A stretch of DNA of 64,000 bases from Nannocystales bacterium (GCA_050633305.1 JBOEGF010000008.1:446474-510473), one strand, 5' to 3'; positions 18,887 to 28,065 are shown, numbered from the stretch's first letter. The notes: generated by a model from the sequence alone, not told the origin. Numbers and translations are program-made.

Positions 18887-19300
18887 CTACCCGACCTCGA
18901 CACGCGTTGGGGCGGCCACGATGTCCGCATCGATCAACACTTCGGTGCCGTCGACACGAACCTGAGCGTCGACGACGACCTCCCACCGAGATGCGGAGGG
19001 ATCGCCCGCCAACTCGGGCAGGCGAGAACGGATCCTTCGGGCGAGCTTTGGAGCCAACTCCGGATGACCGTCGAGCAGCTCCGCGACGCGGGCGGCGGTC
19101 GCGGCGTCGGCCCGGTCCCGGAAGCGATCTGCAAGCCTGGCCAAGTCGGCAGTGACCATGACTGTGGCGAACACGCGCGAGCCATCACCGCCGGGCACCA
19201 GTTCAGTCCCCCCCTCGACCACGGTCTCCCCCTCCGACAGCAGGACCTCGACCGTGCTGGGTGGGAGGTACTCACGGATTTCGCGGCGAATGAGCGCCAC
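18887..19300 (-). CDS. Hypothetical protein (about 137 aa)
   Basis: Globular ORF ending 5 nt before the MerR-TPR gene; start (GTG 19300) uncertain. Confidence 0.55.
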   Translation of the reverse strand: MALIRREIREYLPPSTVEVLLSEGETVVEGGTELVPGGDGSRVFATVMVTADLARLADRFRDRADAATAARVAELLDGHPELAPKLARRIRSRLPELAGDPSASRWEVVVDAQVRVDGTEVLIDADIVAAPTRVEVG

Positions 19301-19452
19301 CTTTCGTACCCGCGTCCACCGGGGACGGCGCAGGCGCGCTTGCGCCGATTCGATCGGGCTTCGCTCTGTCGATGTAGTCACGTAACGTACATTATGGAAG
19401 GCAGAGGCCCGACCCGACAACTTTGCGACGAGAACACCTATGCTCCCCCCCG

Positions 19453-20421
19453 ATGGGTGCGCGCAAAGCTCTCTTTGTCCTCGACCCCCCCGAAACGTTC
19501 AGCCCGACCGGCGACAGCACCTACGTGATGGTGACCGAGGCGATCCGGCGTGGGCACGAGCCGTACGGTGCGTTGATGGCGGACCTCAGCCTGCACGGGT
19601 CCGAAGGCCTGGCCAACGCGCGTCCGCTGGGATTTCGCGACGGGGATCCAACGCTTCGGTTCCTCGGTGAGGGCGTCCGACAGCCAATGGCCAACTTCGA
19701 CGTGGTCATCATGCGGAAAGACCCTCCGGTCGACCAAGGGTTCATGACCAGCACATGGATCCTCGACCGCGCGGGGACACTCGTGGTCAACGAGCCCGGT
19801 GGGCTCCGCTCGCTCAACGAGAAGCTCTCCATCTCGGCCTTCTCCGAGCTGACCCCCCGGACCTTCGTTTCCAGAGACGAAAACGAGCTGCGCGAGATTC
19901 TCGCGACGCTCGGTGGACGCATGATCGTCAAGCCAGTCTACGGTTTTGGCGGTCGAGAGATCCTCCTCGCTCGCGAGGATGATGCGAACCTCGGGAGCAT
20001 CCTCGAGATGGCAACCGCCGAGGGCACCCGTTGGACTGTGGCGCAGGAATACGTTCCCGCCGCATCCGAAGGGGACAAGCGCATTCTGTTGGTCGACGGG
20101 GTGTCCATCGGCGCGGTGTTGCGCGTCCCGGCCAAGGGAGAACTCCGCAACAACTTCCACGCAGGGGGTGCTCCTGTCCGGATCGAGCTCGACGACAACG
20201 ACCAAAAAATCTGCGCCGCGGTGGGTCCGATGCTCCGCGAAACAGGCCAGTTCTTCGTCGGCATCGACGTCATCGGCGGCAAGCTGACAGAAATCAACGT
20301 GACGAGCCCGACAGGAATGCAGGAGATCAATCGGCTCGAACAGCGCGATGAAACAACAACGACACAAGCGCTGTTCTGGGACGGAATCGAATCGAAGCTT
20401 GGCGGCGCCGAGAGTTCATGA
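19453..20421 (+). CDS. gshB: Glutathione synthetase
   Basis: DSTY, MRKDPP, NEKL, IVKP, QEYVP, GDKRILL, RNNFHAGG, GIDVIG, EINVTSPTG. Confidence 0.95.
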   Translation: MGARKALFVLDPPETFSPTGDSTYVMVTEAIRRGHEPYGALMADLSLHGSEGLANARPLGFRDGDPTLRFLGEGVRQPMANFDVVIMRKDPPVDQGFMTSTWILDRAGTLVVNEPGGLRSLNEKLSISAFSELTPRTFVSRDENELREILATLGGRMIVKPVYGFGGREILLAREDDANLGSILEMATAEGTRWTVAQEYVPAASEGDKRILLVDGVSIGAVLRVPAKGELRNNFHAGGAPVRIELDDNDQKICAAVGPMLRETGQFFVGIDVIGGKLTEINVTSPTGMQEINRLEQRDETTTTQALFWDGIESKLGGAESS

Positions 20422-21200
20422 AACTATCCCGGCTGGGGATGTCGGATAAGCCAGCCAGTCTTGGGGCCCTCCTTCAAAACGAGATTCCGCGGTTGTACGC
20501 CTTCGCGTACCACATGACCGGAACCCGAGATGACGCGCGGGGACACGTTCGCCAGCTCGTCAAGGCCGTCAAAGTTCGGCACGAGTCGAAGGTTATGAGT
20601 GCCGACAATCCGTCGGACACCATCCTCGGCCTGCTGGCGCAGCAGATGGAAGAATCGCTCGGCCGTCGATCGGAGTTCACCTTCGACGGACTCGACAACG
20701 TCCTGCGCAGCGACATCACCCGGCCGATCGATTTGGCCTCGGGCGTGGGTGGGCTGGGCAACGACCCCACCAAGGTCCACGTGATGCTGTGGGAGCTCAA
20801 GCGAACCTGCCTGACGGCAACGCTGTGCTGTCTCCCCCCGGGGGTCCGTGTTTCCTTCGTTCTCACCGACCTCTTCGGCTACTCCCCTGCCGAGGCGGCG
20901 ACGCTGCTCGACATCAAAGAGAGCGCCTATCGAGTCCGGCTCACCCGGGCTCGCAAACGTGTCGAGGACTACCTCGCGCCGCGGTGCGTGCACGTGGACC
21001 AGCAGAACCCCTGCAACTGCACGGGCCGGCTGATCATCGCAATGGATGCGAACTTTGTGAAGGAGCCACCGCACCACAACGACATCCCGCACGAGGCCCA
21101 CGACGGCGACGGGCCGCGACGAGACATGGGCAGCCTGTACCGCGGGCTACCGCAGGTGAAGCTGACCAGCGACGAGCTCACCGGACTCGTCAACACCTGA
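20418..21200 (+). CDS. ECF-type RNA polymerase sigma factor with Cys-rich region and C-terminal extension
   Basis: Region 2-like PRLYAFAYHMTG...DA; region 4 LPPGVRVSFVLTDLFGYSPAEAATLLDIKESAYRVRLTRARKR; ATGA overlap with gshB. Confidence 0.82.
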   Translation: MKLSRLGMSDKPASLGALLQNEIPRLYAFAYHMTGTRDDARGHVRQLVKAVKVRHESKVMSADNPSDTILGLLAQQMEESLGRRSEFTFDGLDNVLRSDITRPIDLASGVGGLGNDPTKVHVMLWELKRTCLTATLCCLPPGVRVSFVLTDLFGYSPAEAATLLDIKESAYRVRLTRARKRVEDYLAPRCVHVDQQNPCNCTGRLIIAMDANFVKEPPHHNDIPHEAHDGDGPRRDMGSLYRGLPQVKLTSDELTGLVNT

Positions 21201-21222
21201 GCCGACGCCGTCCAAGACAAGG

Positions 21223-21254
21223 AAGCCGCCCGAGTCAACCCGGGCGGCTTTTTT
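21223..21254 (+). terminator. Rho-independent terminator
   Basis: AAGCCGCCCG-AGTCAACC-CGGGCGGCTT followed by a T run, between convergent genes. Confidence 0.85.
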
Positions 21255-21278
21255 GGTGGCCGCCAGCTGGCGGATAGC

Positions 21279-22163
21279 CTACTTCGGAGAGACGACCGCC
21301 ACAGGGCACGTGGCCATCGCGGCGAGCTCACTTGCGATGCTGTTGAGCAAGAGGCGCTCAAACATCGAGAGGCGTCGCGAGCCTGAGACCAGGACCGCGG
21401 CACGACGCTCCGTGGTGAAGCGGACGGTCTCGGACACGATACCCCCGAGCACAACGACGCACTCCGCCGACGCGCAGCCGTACTCCGCCGCCCAGGTGGC
21501 GAGTTCCTCCTCGGCCTCTTTGCGGTTGTCGTCACGCATCTTGATGAGCGACGCCTCGGGCAGGTAGTGCGCCGCGTAGTCGTCGGGCGTGGGGACGACG
21601 TGAAGTAGAACCAGCGGGCGCCCCGTTCGTTTGGCCATGTCGGCAGCAAAGCGAGCCGCGACCTCGCAGTCCTCGCGCAAGCTCACCGCAGCGACGATGG
21701 GCCCATCCGCCGAGTCGGTCGCATAGTCCGGCGGCACCACGAACGTGGGACCTGGGAGCGTTCGCAGGATCCGGCGGGCGACCCGGCCCAGGCGAAAGAT
21801 GTCGCGGCCATCCTTCTTCGCCTGACGTCCGATGATGAGCCCGTGGGCGGCATGGTAGGCGTGAGCCGCCGACAAGCTCTCCGCGGGCGTGCTTCCTTGC
21901 AACACGTGCAGCGAGCCCAGGTGCGACGTTGCGCCCTCGATCTCGATCGACTTTTTGGCCACGGTCGTCGCGCCTTCGACCAGCTCGTCGAGGTGGTGGT
22001 ACTTCAACGCGGCGCGCAGGTAGCTCTCCTCGAGCACGTGGATGCCGACCAACGAATCGGTCGCATCACCGGTCTGTGCCAACCATCGTGCGAAACGAAT
22101 CGCACCGGCACCAGAGGGGTGCAGGTCGAGGCCAACGATCCACTTCATCGTCTCGAGGGTCAC
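21279..22163 (-). CDS. Universal stress protein (tandem Usp domains)
   Basis: WIVGLDL, LGRVARRILR, LVLLHVV, VLVSGSRR, LLNSIASELAAMATCPVAVV. Confidence 0.88.
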   Translation of the reverse strand: MTLETMKWIVGLDLHPSGAGAIRFARWLAQTGDATDSLVGIHVLEESYLRAALKYHHLDELVEGATTVAKKSIEIEGATSHLGSLHVLQGSTPAESLSAAHAYHAAHGLIIGRQAKKDGRDIFRLGRVARRILRTLPGPTFVVPPDYATDSADGPIVAAVSLREDCEVAARFAADMAKRTGRPLVLLHVVPTPDDYAAHYLPEASLIKMRDDNRKEAEEELATWAAEYGCASAECVVVLGGIVSETVRFTTERRAAVLVSGSRRLSMFERLLLNSIASELAAMATCPVAVVSPK

Positions 22164-22175
22164 GTCCGGAGGATA

Positions 22176-23039
22176 TCAAGCGGTCGGGTTGCGAAGGGTC
22201 CCCAGCTCGAACCCTTGCAGCGTGACTTCAATCGTCTGGCCAGGCGCAAGCGCGCTGACCCCCTGTGGCGTCCCGGTATAGAGGACGTCACCGGGTTCGA
22301 GCGTCATGCACGCGCTGATGAACGCAAGAACTGCCGACACATCGAAGACCATGTCGCCCAGCGCAGCGTCCTGCCGCAGCTCGCCGTCGAGCCGGCCCTG
22401 AATCCGGGCATCAGCAGGAAGCGCCTGACCGGGCTCGGTCACCCGGACCCACGGGCCCAAAGGTGCGAACGTGTCGAAGCCCTTCCCTCGTGTCCAGAGC
22501 TTGTCCCCGCGCTGAAGGTCGCGGTTGGAGACGTCATTGCCGAGCGTGTACCCGGCGATGTGGTCCAGGCCGTCTCGCGCTGCGATGTTCCGACCCCGTC
22601 GCCCGATCACCGCGACGAGCTCGGACTCCATGTCCACCCGATCGAACCCGGGCGGGATGATCACCTCAGCACCGCTTCCCACCACGGCAGAGCTGGGCTT
22701 GTGAAACATCAACGGCTCTGTCGGCACGGCGTTGCCCATCTCGGCGGCGTGCGCCCGATAGTTGCGACCGACGCAGAGCACCTTGCCGGGTCGGCACGGC
22801 GCCAGCACACAAGCGTCGGCGACCGTCGCGACCGCGGGCCTCTCCACGACGTTGTCTTGGTCGCTCAGACGCTCCCAAACCGAGCCCTTGTCTTCGGGCC
22901 ACAGCTCGTCGTCGAACGGGTCTCGCACGATGTCGAGCAGGTCCTCGGCCGCCGGCGGACGTCCGTCGGTGATCACCCGCACGGGGTGAGACTTCCGCTC
23001 GTCGCGCATCCGGACCCGGCCCAGCCAACTGGTGCTCAT
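22176..23039 (-). CDS. Fumarylacetoacetate hydrolase family protein
   Basis: KVLCVGRNYRAHAAE, ESELVAVIG, GNDVSNRDLQ, KGFDTFAPLGP, GDVLYTGTP. Confidence 0.93.
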   Translation of the reverse strand: MSTSWLGRVRMRDERKSHPVRVITDGRPPAAEDLLDIVRDPFDDELWPEDKGSVWERLSDQDNVVERPAVATVADACVLAPCRPGKVLCVGRNYRAHAAEMGNAVPTEPLMFHKPSSAVVGSGAEVIIPPGFDRVDMESELVAVIGRRGRNIAARDGLDHIAGYTLGNDVSNRDLQRGDKLWTRGKGFDTFAPLGPWVRVTEPGQALPADARIQGRLDGELRQDAALGDMVFDVSAVLAFISACMTLEPGDVLYTGTPQGVSALAPGQTIEVTLQGFELGTLRNPTA

Positions 23040-23117
23040 ACGACCGGTGTTCACACATCGCGACAACGAGGTCTACGGGAGGATCTGCAGGTCGGCCGGG
23101 GGTATAGTCCGCCGCAG

Positions 23118-24023
23118 GTGCCCCTGCGCGTTGCCATCGAACTCGTGGATCCGCAGCGACCCGATCGCGCCGCGCAGTCCGCCTTGCGGGCAGCGTTCGA
23201 TGGGTTGGCTCCATCGCGTCCACTCCACGTGCTGAGCTTGGGTTGGAACGCCGGCCCCGGAACGGACATCGCTCCGTGGACACTGGCCGGCATCGAGTCG
23301 GCGGCCAAAGCCGCGTCGTTGAGCATCGAACACGAAACCCTGCCGATGGGACGCGAAGGCGGACCGCGCCGGGAGTCCGGAATCCGCACCACACTTCCAG
23401 GCGCCCGACGCCCGAGGGCCCTGCCCGCGCACTGGTTCGGACGTCACGCATGCCTCGTGGTTCCGTGCGCAGCCCTCGACCCGGGAACGAAGTCGGGTGT
23501 CGGCCCGCTCGCGGCAGCCCTTCGAGCGATCGACGGCCACGTCGGCGGACCCCGGCACCGCGAGAGCCCACGGGTGGCGGCGCGCATGCTCGCCACGGTC
23601 TTCGCGAGCATCACGATCGTGGTCGATGGGGGTTGGTGGGCCGACCTGTCCGCCCAGTCCGGGACGGCGCGCAGCCTGCTTCCGCTGGGCCGAGTCCTCA
23701 CCATGCACGCCGACCATCCGGACCCCGCTTGGGCTCGAACGCTGACGCAAACCTTCGACCCCTGGCTCGCGTATCGCTTGGGCATCAGCCCACGCGGAGC
23801 CGGCCTCGACCACGCCATTCGAGGCATCGGTCCCGGCGGACAAGCTCGATGGCCCCGGGCCAGCGTCACCGCAGCTCGGCCATCGGGTTCGCGCGGCTTG
23901 GCGGGCCGTGCCCTCGAAGCACTTTGGAGGCCACAAGCGCCACGGACCCGTCTCGGACCCGCGGTCCCCGGTGAGCTCGGACGCGTCTGGTCCTCGTGGC
24001 GACGCTTGGGAGGCCGCCCCTGA
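23118..24023 (+). CDS. Hypothetical protein, possibly a degenerate DUF362-like fold
   Basis: C-terminal part of ORF 21843-24023 after GTG 23118 (TATAGT 9 nt upstream); ITIVVDG and DPWLAYRLGISP resemble DUF362 segments. Confidence 0.45.
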   Translation: MPLRVAIELVDPQRPDRAAQSALRAAFDGLAPSRPLHVLSLGWNAGPGTDIAPWTLAGIESAAKAASLSIEHETLPMGREGGPRRESGIRTTLPGARRPRALPAHWFGRHACLVVPCAALDPGTKSGVGPLAAALRAIDGHVGGPRHRESPRVAARMLATVFASITIVVDGGWWADLSAQSGTARSLLPLGRVLTMHADHPDPAWARTLTQTFDPWLAYRLGISPRGAGLDHAIRGIGPGGQARWPRASVTAARPSGSRGLAGRALEALWRPQAPRTRLGPAVPGELGRVWSSWRRLGGRP

Positions 24024-24028
24024 ACGCG

Positions 24029-25018
24029 ATGCTGCGACGCACCCTCTACGGCGTAGCCGCAGGCGTGGTGCTCTACGTCGGGGCGATGATCTACTTCGAT
24101 CTCGGCCCGGTCCAGGAGACGCTCGAGGGCTATCCGTGGTGGGTATTCGGGGCCGCGCTCGGAGCCTCGGCAACCAACTACCTGCTCCGCTTTGCGAAGT
24201 GGGAACTCGCGTTGGGGTGGCTCGAGGTCCGAAAGGATGCCCCCGAGTTCACCCGTGGGCGATCGCTGATGATCTACCTCGCGGGGCTGAGCATGTCGGT
24301 CACCCCGGGCAAGGTTGGCGAGGTGCTTCGCTCCGTGCTCCTGAAGTCGAGCGACGGGGTCGCGTTCAGCCGGACCGCGCCGATCGTCGTCGCCGACCGA
24401 CTCACCGATCTGATCGCCTTGGTCCTGCTGAGCCTGCTCGGTGTCGCCCAGTTCCCGCAGTACCTGCCGATCGTCGCAGTCACCGTCGCGCTGGTCGTGG
24501 CGGGGGTCGTCGTCCTCGGGTCCCCCACCCTGTTGCGACGCTGCCTCGCGCTCGGCCGAAAACTGCCGCTCGTGGGGCGATTCGTCGACAAGGCGGAGGG
24601 CCTCGTTGAGTCCACCACCACGCTGCTGCGCCTGCGCTACCTCCTCGTGCTCAGCATCCTGAGCGTGCTCGGATGGGGGCTCGAGTGCGTCGGCTACTGG
24701 CTCATCGTCGATGGGTTCACGGACGTAGACGCGAGCTTGGCCACCTGCACGTTTCTTTGGTCGGCAGGCACGTTGGTTGGGGCGCTCAGCTTCTTGCCTG
24801 GGGGGCTCGGGGCGACCGAGGGCAGCCTTGTCGTGGCCACCAAGCAGCTCGTGCGCGGGGTGACCCAGCCGGTCGCACTGGCGGCCACGCTGCTCGGGCG
24901 CATCGCGACGCTTTGGTTTGGAGAGATCGTTGGCGGTATTGCCTTGGGGTTGTTCTTGCGCGACCCCGCTCTACGCGCGCGGGCATCGGCCGCAGCTGCG
25001 GAGCAGGACGAGGCCTAG
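24029..25018 (+). CDS. Lysylphosphatidylglycerol synthase TM / flippase-like (UPF0104) membrane protein
   Basis: NYLLRFAKW, VTPGKVGEVLR, DRLTDL, PGGLGATEG, RIATLWF; many TM helices. Confidence 0.88.
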   Translation: MLRRTLYGVAAGVVLYVGAMIYFDLGPVQETLEGYPWWVFGAALGASATNYLLRFAKWELALGWLEVRKDAPEFTRGRSLMIYLAGLSMSVTPGKVGEVLRSVLLKSSDGVAFSRTAPIVVADRLTDLIALVLLSLLGVAQFPQYLPIVAVTVALVVAGVVVLGSPTLLRRCLALGRKLPLVGRFVDKAEGLVESTTTLLRLRYLLVLSILSVLGWGLECVGYWLIVDGFTDVDASLATCTFLWSAGTLVGALSFLPGGLGATEGSLVVATKQLVRGVTQPVALAATLLGRIATLWFGEIVGGIALGLFLRDPALRARASAAAAEQDEA

Positions 25019-25021
25019 GAC

Positions 25022-25138
25022 CTAGAGGAGCTCGCCGTTGAATTCTTCGCGCATCGAGGGTGCGTATCCGACGAGAGCTGCGAGCGCTGACGTGAGTTTG
25101 GAGAGGACGCTGGCGAAGGGCTTGCTTGGGGTGCTCAT
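25022..25138 (-). CDS. Candidate 38-aa small protein MSTPSKPFASVLSKLTSALAALVGYAPSMREEFNGELL
   Basis: ATG at 25138, stop convergent with the upstream gene, host-like codon usage, fills an otherwise empty intergenic gap. Confidence 0.4.
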   Translation of the reverse strand: MSTPSKPFASVLSKLTSALAALVGYAPSMREEFNGELL

Positions 25139-25324
25139 GACTTCTGCCGTGGAAGTACCGAGACCCCGCAGATCGATTGCATTTTTCTGAGAAAGGCTTC
25201 GCCGTCGCCTCTGGCAAGCCTTGAAGGACCCTCCATCGGCCCCGAGGGTCCTGGAGAAGCCCCTCGCCCCCCCGGGCAGCGACCGTGCACAGACCTCCGA
25301 TTTGCGGCACTCTGCCTGCGCAGC

Positions 25325-25828
25325 ATGGAGTACACGATTCGCGACACCTTCGACGTGAGCGCCGACCGCTTCTGGGAGGCCTTCTTCAGCGACGCGTACA
25401 ACGACGGGCTCTGGCCCGCGATCGACGTCGACTACAAGCAGCTCAAGCTCGAACGCAACGGCGAAGGGAAAGACCTTCGGATCATCCGTGAGCAGGAGCT
25501 CACGCCGCACCGACAGGCACCCAAGGTCGTCCAGAAGATGGTCAAGGGGACCGTGACCTACGTCGAAAAGAACGACTTCTCCGCCGCGAGCGGGAGCATG
25601 AAGATCGTGACCATCCCCAACTTCGCCGCGGACCGGGTCGACAACCACGGCGTGTTCCGGGTGGAAGAACTGGGCGCTGACAAGTGCGCGCGCGTTTGGG
25701 AAGGCGTCTGCAAGGTGAAGATCCCGCTGGTCGGCGGACAGGTCGAGAAGTACCTGGTCTCCGAAATCCAAGAGAGTTATCGCAAGGCCACCGACTACAC
25801 CCGGAAGTTCCTGGCGGAGAACGCCTAA
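25325..25828 (+). CDS. DUF2505-like (START/SRPBCC helix-grip) protein
   Basis: Size and C-terminal VKIPLVGGQVEKYLV motif. Confidence 0.8.
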   Translation: MEYTIRDTFDVSADRFWEAFFSDAYNDGLWPAIDVDYKQLKLERNGEGKDLRIIREQELTPHRQAPKVVQKMVKGTVTYVEKNDFSAASGSMKIVTIPNFAADRVDNHGVFRVEELGADKCARVWEGVCKVKIPLVGGQVEKYLVSEIQESYRKATDYTRKFLAENA

Positions 25829-26138
25829 CAGCGGGCAGCGGCCCTCGACTCGACCCCATCAGGGGCCGCTGAGGGTCGTTTCAACCTAGAGCACATCTCC
25901 AGCGTCCGCCCCAGCCGGACCGCGGGCTCGGAGTTGAACGCCACGGTTTCCCCTCGCCCCGTGTCCACACGGACCCGCGAAGCCGTGGCGTCCTCACGTG
26001 CTCGCTCCCCCTCGCGCCGTCTTTGCACGAAAGTTCGGCGCTCAGTCCGTTAGTCTGCGGGCCGGTCCTCCGACCTCGAAGCCGCATCTCTCCTCCGGAC
26101 GACGAAGCGCTCCTCCCGTCCTCGCTTCGCACCTGCCC

Positions 26139-27275
26139 ATGCCCGCGCGCGCCCTCCTCCCCGATCGTTCCGACGAACCCACGTGGCTCAGGCCCGCCGG
26201 CTGTAACTCGGTTCTCAAGTACACCGGGGATCCGGCGTTGCAACGCGAGATCCGGGACGAGGCCGCGGCATACTTCGAGCGCACCGGAATCGCCCGAGAC
26301 GGCGGGGTCCGCATGCTGCTCAAGAGCCTCATCATCGTGTCCTGGGTGGTCGCGACCTACCTCCTGATGTTGTTCGTCGCGACCGAGGCGTGGCAGTTCG
26401 TCCTGCTCGCATTCTCAATGGGGTTGGCGCTCGCGGGCGTCGGGTTCTCGATCCAACACGACGGTGGACACGGGGCGTACTCGTCCCGTCCATGGGTGAG
26501 CCGCATCGCAGCGCTGGCGCTCGACGCGATCGGCGGCAGCTCGTACATGTGGCACTACAAGCACAACGTCCTGCACCACACGTACCCGAACGTGGAGCAG
26601 GTGGACGACGACATCAGCCAGGCGCCTTGGCTCCGACTGTCGAGCACCGATCCGTACTTCCCGGTGCATCGGTATCAGTTCGTCTATTCGTGGCTGCTGT
26701 ACATCTTCATGACGCCGAAGTGGTTGTTCGTCGACGACTTCAAGCGGCTGTTCACCCAGCGCGCGGGACCCCGGCGGGTGCCGCCCCCTACGCCTCGCGG
26801 CATCGCGACGCTCGTGCTCGGCAAAATCTTCGCCTACACCTGGATGCTCGTGATCCCGCTGTCGATCCACGGGCCTTCGTGGAGCCTGTTCGGATTGTAC
26901 GTGCTCATCGCGTGGATCTGGGGCCTGGCCATGGCGATCACCTTCCAGCTCGCCCACTGCAACGACACCGCCGAGTTCGGCAGCTGGCCCGGCGAAGACA
27001 AGCCCATGGCGATGGGTTGGGCCGAGCAGCAGATCGCCACCACGGTCAACTTCTCGCAGGGCAACCCTGTGCTGACCTGGTACCTCGGCGGCCTCAACTA
27101 CCAGATCGAGCACCACCTCTTCCCCAAGGTCTGCCACATCCACTACCCGGGGCTTAGCCGCGTGGTGAAGGACGTGTGCGAACGGCGGGGCGTCGCCTAC
27201 CGCGTGCAGCCCACGATGTGGTCCGCGCTGCGCTCACACATCGGGCACCTCAAGCGCATGGGCGCTGCCGCCTAG
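26139..27275 (+). CDS. Membrane fatty-acid (acyl-CoA) desaturase, front-end type
   Basis: His boxes HDGGH, HNVLHH, QIEHH; GGLNYQIEHHLFP; TM segments. Confidence 0.92.
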   Translation: MPARALLPDRSDEPTWLRPAGCNSVLKYTGDPALQREIRDEAAAYFERTGIARDGGVRMLLKSLIIVSWVVATYLLMLFVATEAWQFVLLAFSMGLALAGVGFSIQHDGGHGAYSSRPWVSRIAALALDAIGGSSYMWHYKHNVLHHTYPNVEQVDDDISQAPWLRLSSTDPYFPVHRYQFVYSWLLYIFMTPKWLFVDDFKRLFTQRAGPRRVPPPTPRGIATLVLGKIFAYTWMLVIPLSIHGPSWSLFGLYVLIAWIWGLAMAITFQLAHCNDTAEFGSWPGEDKPMAMGWAEQQIATTVNFSQGNPVLTWYLGGLNYQIEHHLFPKVCHIHYPGLSRVVKDVCERRGVAYRVQPTMWSALRSHIGHLKRMGAAA

Positions 27276-27446
27276 CAGCCCGTCCAGGGTTGTCGACAGG
27301 GGTCCGAGCAGCTGAGCATGCTCAGTCGAACCGTGCACCGAGCAACTCGGTGACCACCTCGAGTCCTCCGGTGCGGGCTTCGGCACCCACCTCGACCAGG
27401 TCTGCGCCGCCTTCGAGCGCTGCGCCGGCCAACGCTGCGGCCGTCC

Positions 27447-27995
27447 TTACGCGTCGCCTTTTTGGGTCTCGTCGTCTTTGCTGGCGGCCGCAGGAAGGGG
27501 CGCCTCGACCTCGCCGATGACCCGGCGCAGGAGACCCTCGACGAGTAGAGCGCGCTCGCCCGCGTCGTACCGGCCATCTCGGTACCGCGCCTGGATGTCT
27601 TCGAACTTGTCCTTCGCGTCGTGCAGGAACTTTTTGTACGTGGGAACCCTGGCCATCACCTCGCGCTGGTTCGACCAGAAGAACGAGATGATCGTGGCCG
27701 CGGTGAAGCCGGTGAGGATCATGCCCAACGGACCCCCGAGCAGATACTTGAGTCCCACCCGCAACGCCACGGCTCCGGCCGCCCCCATCGCGAGTTCCTT
27801 GATGCCGCTCTTGCGCAAGCGCCCCCAGGCCATCTGCAGCACCTCTCCAGAGGCGATCACCAGCGCCACGAACTCGGCTCGCTTGGCGCCGGTCTCGTAC
27901 ACGTCTGTGATGACCTGCTGCATGAACGCATCGAACGTCTCGTAGACGTCGGCGGGATAGGCCATGTCGCTGTCGGCCGAGGAGCTTTGCGCCAT
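27447..27995 (-). CDS. Hypothetical membrane-associated protein
   Basis: Gly-rich hydrophobic hairpin (LAMGAAGAVAL...LLGGPLGMILTG); TGC-TATGCT 7 nt upstream of ATG 27995. Confidence 0.65.
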   Translation of the reverse strand: MAQSSSADSDMAYPADVYETFDAFMQQVITDVYETGAKRAEFVALVIASGEVLQMAWGRLRKSGIKELAMGAAGAVALRVGLKYLLGGPLGMILTGFTAATIISFFWSNQREVMARVPTYKKFLHDAKDKFEDIQARYRDGRYDAGERALLVEGLLRRVIGEVEAPLPAAASKDDETQKGDA

Positions 27996-28065
27996 TGATT
28001 TGAGCATAGCACCGCGATCGGCTGCGTTTGACAGACTGCAGGGCCGATTCCACACTGGCGCAAGG

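Noticed and set aside
21843..23117. N-terminal 425 aa of the 726-aa ORF
   Set aside because: Antisense to usp and the FAA hydrolase; only the part from GTG 23118 is plausible.
25305..25321. Sigma54-like CGGCAC-N5-CTGC before the DUF2505-like gene
   Set aside because: The implied transcription start would fall downstream of the ATG.
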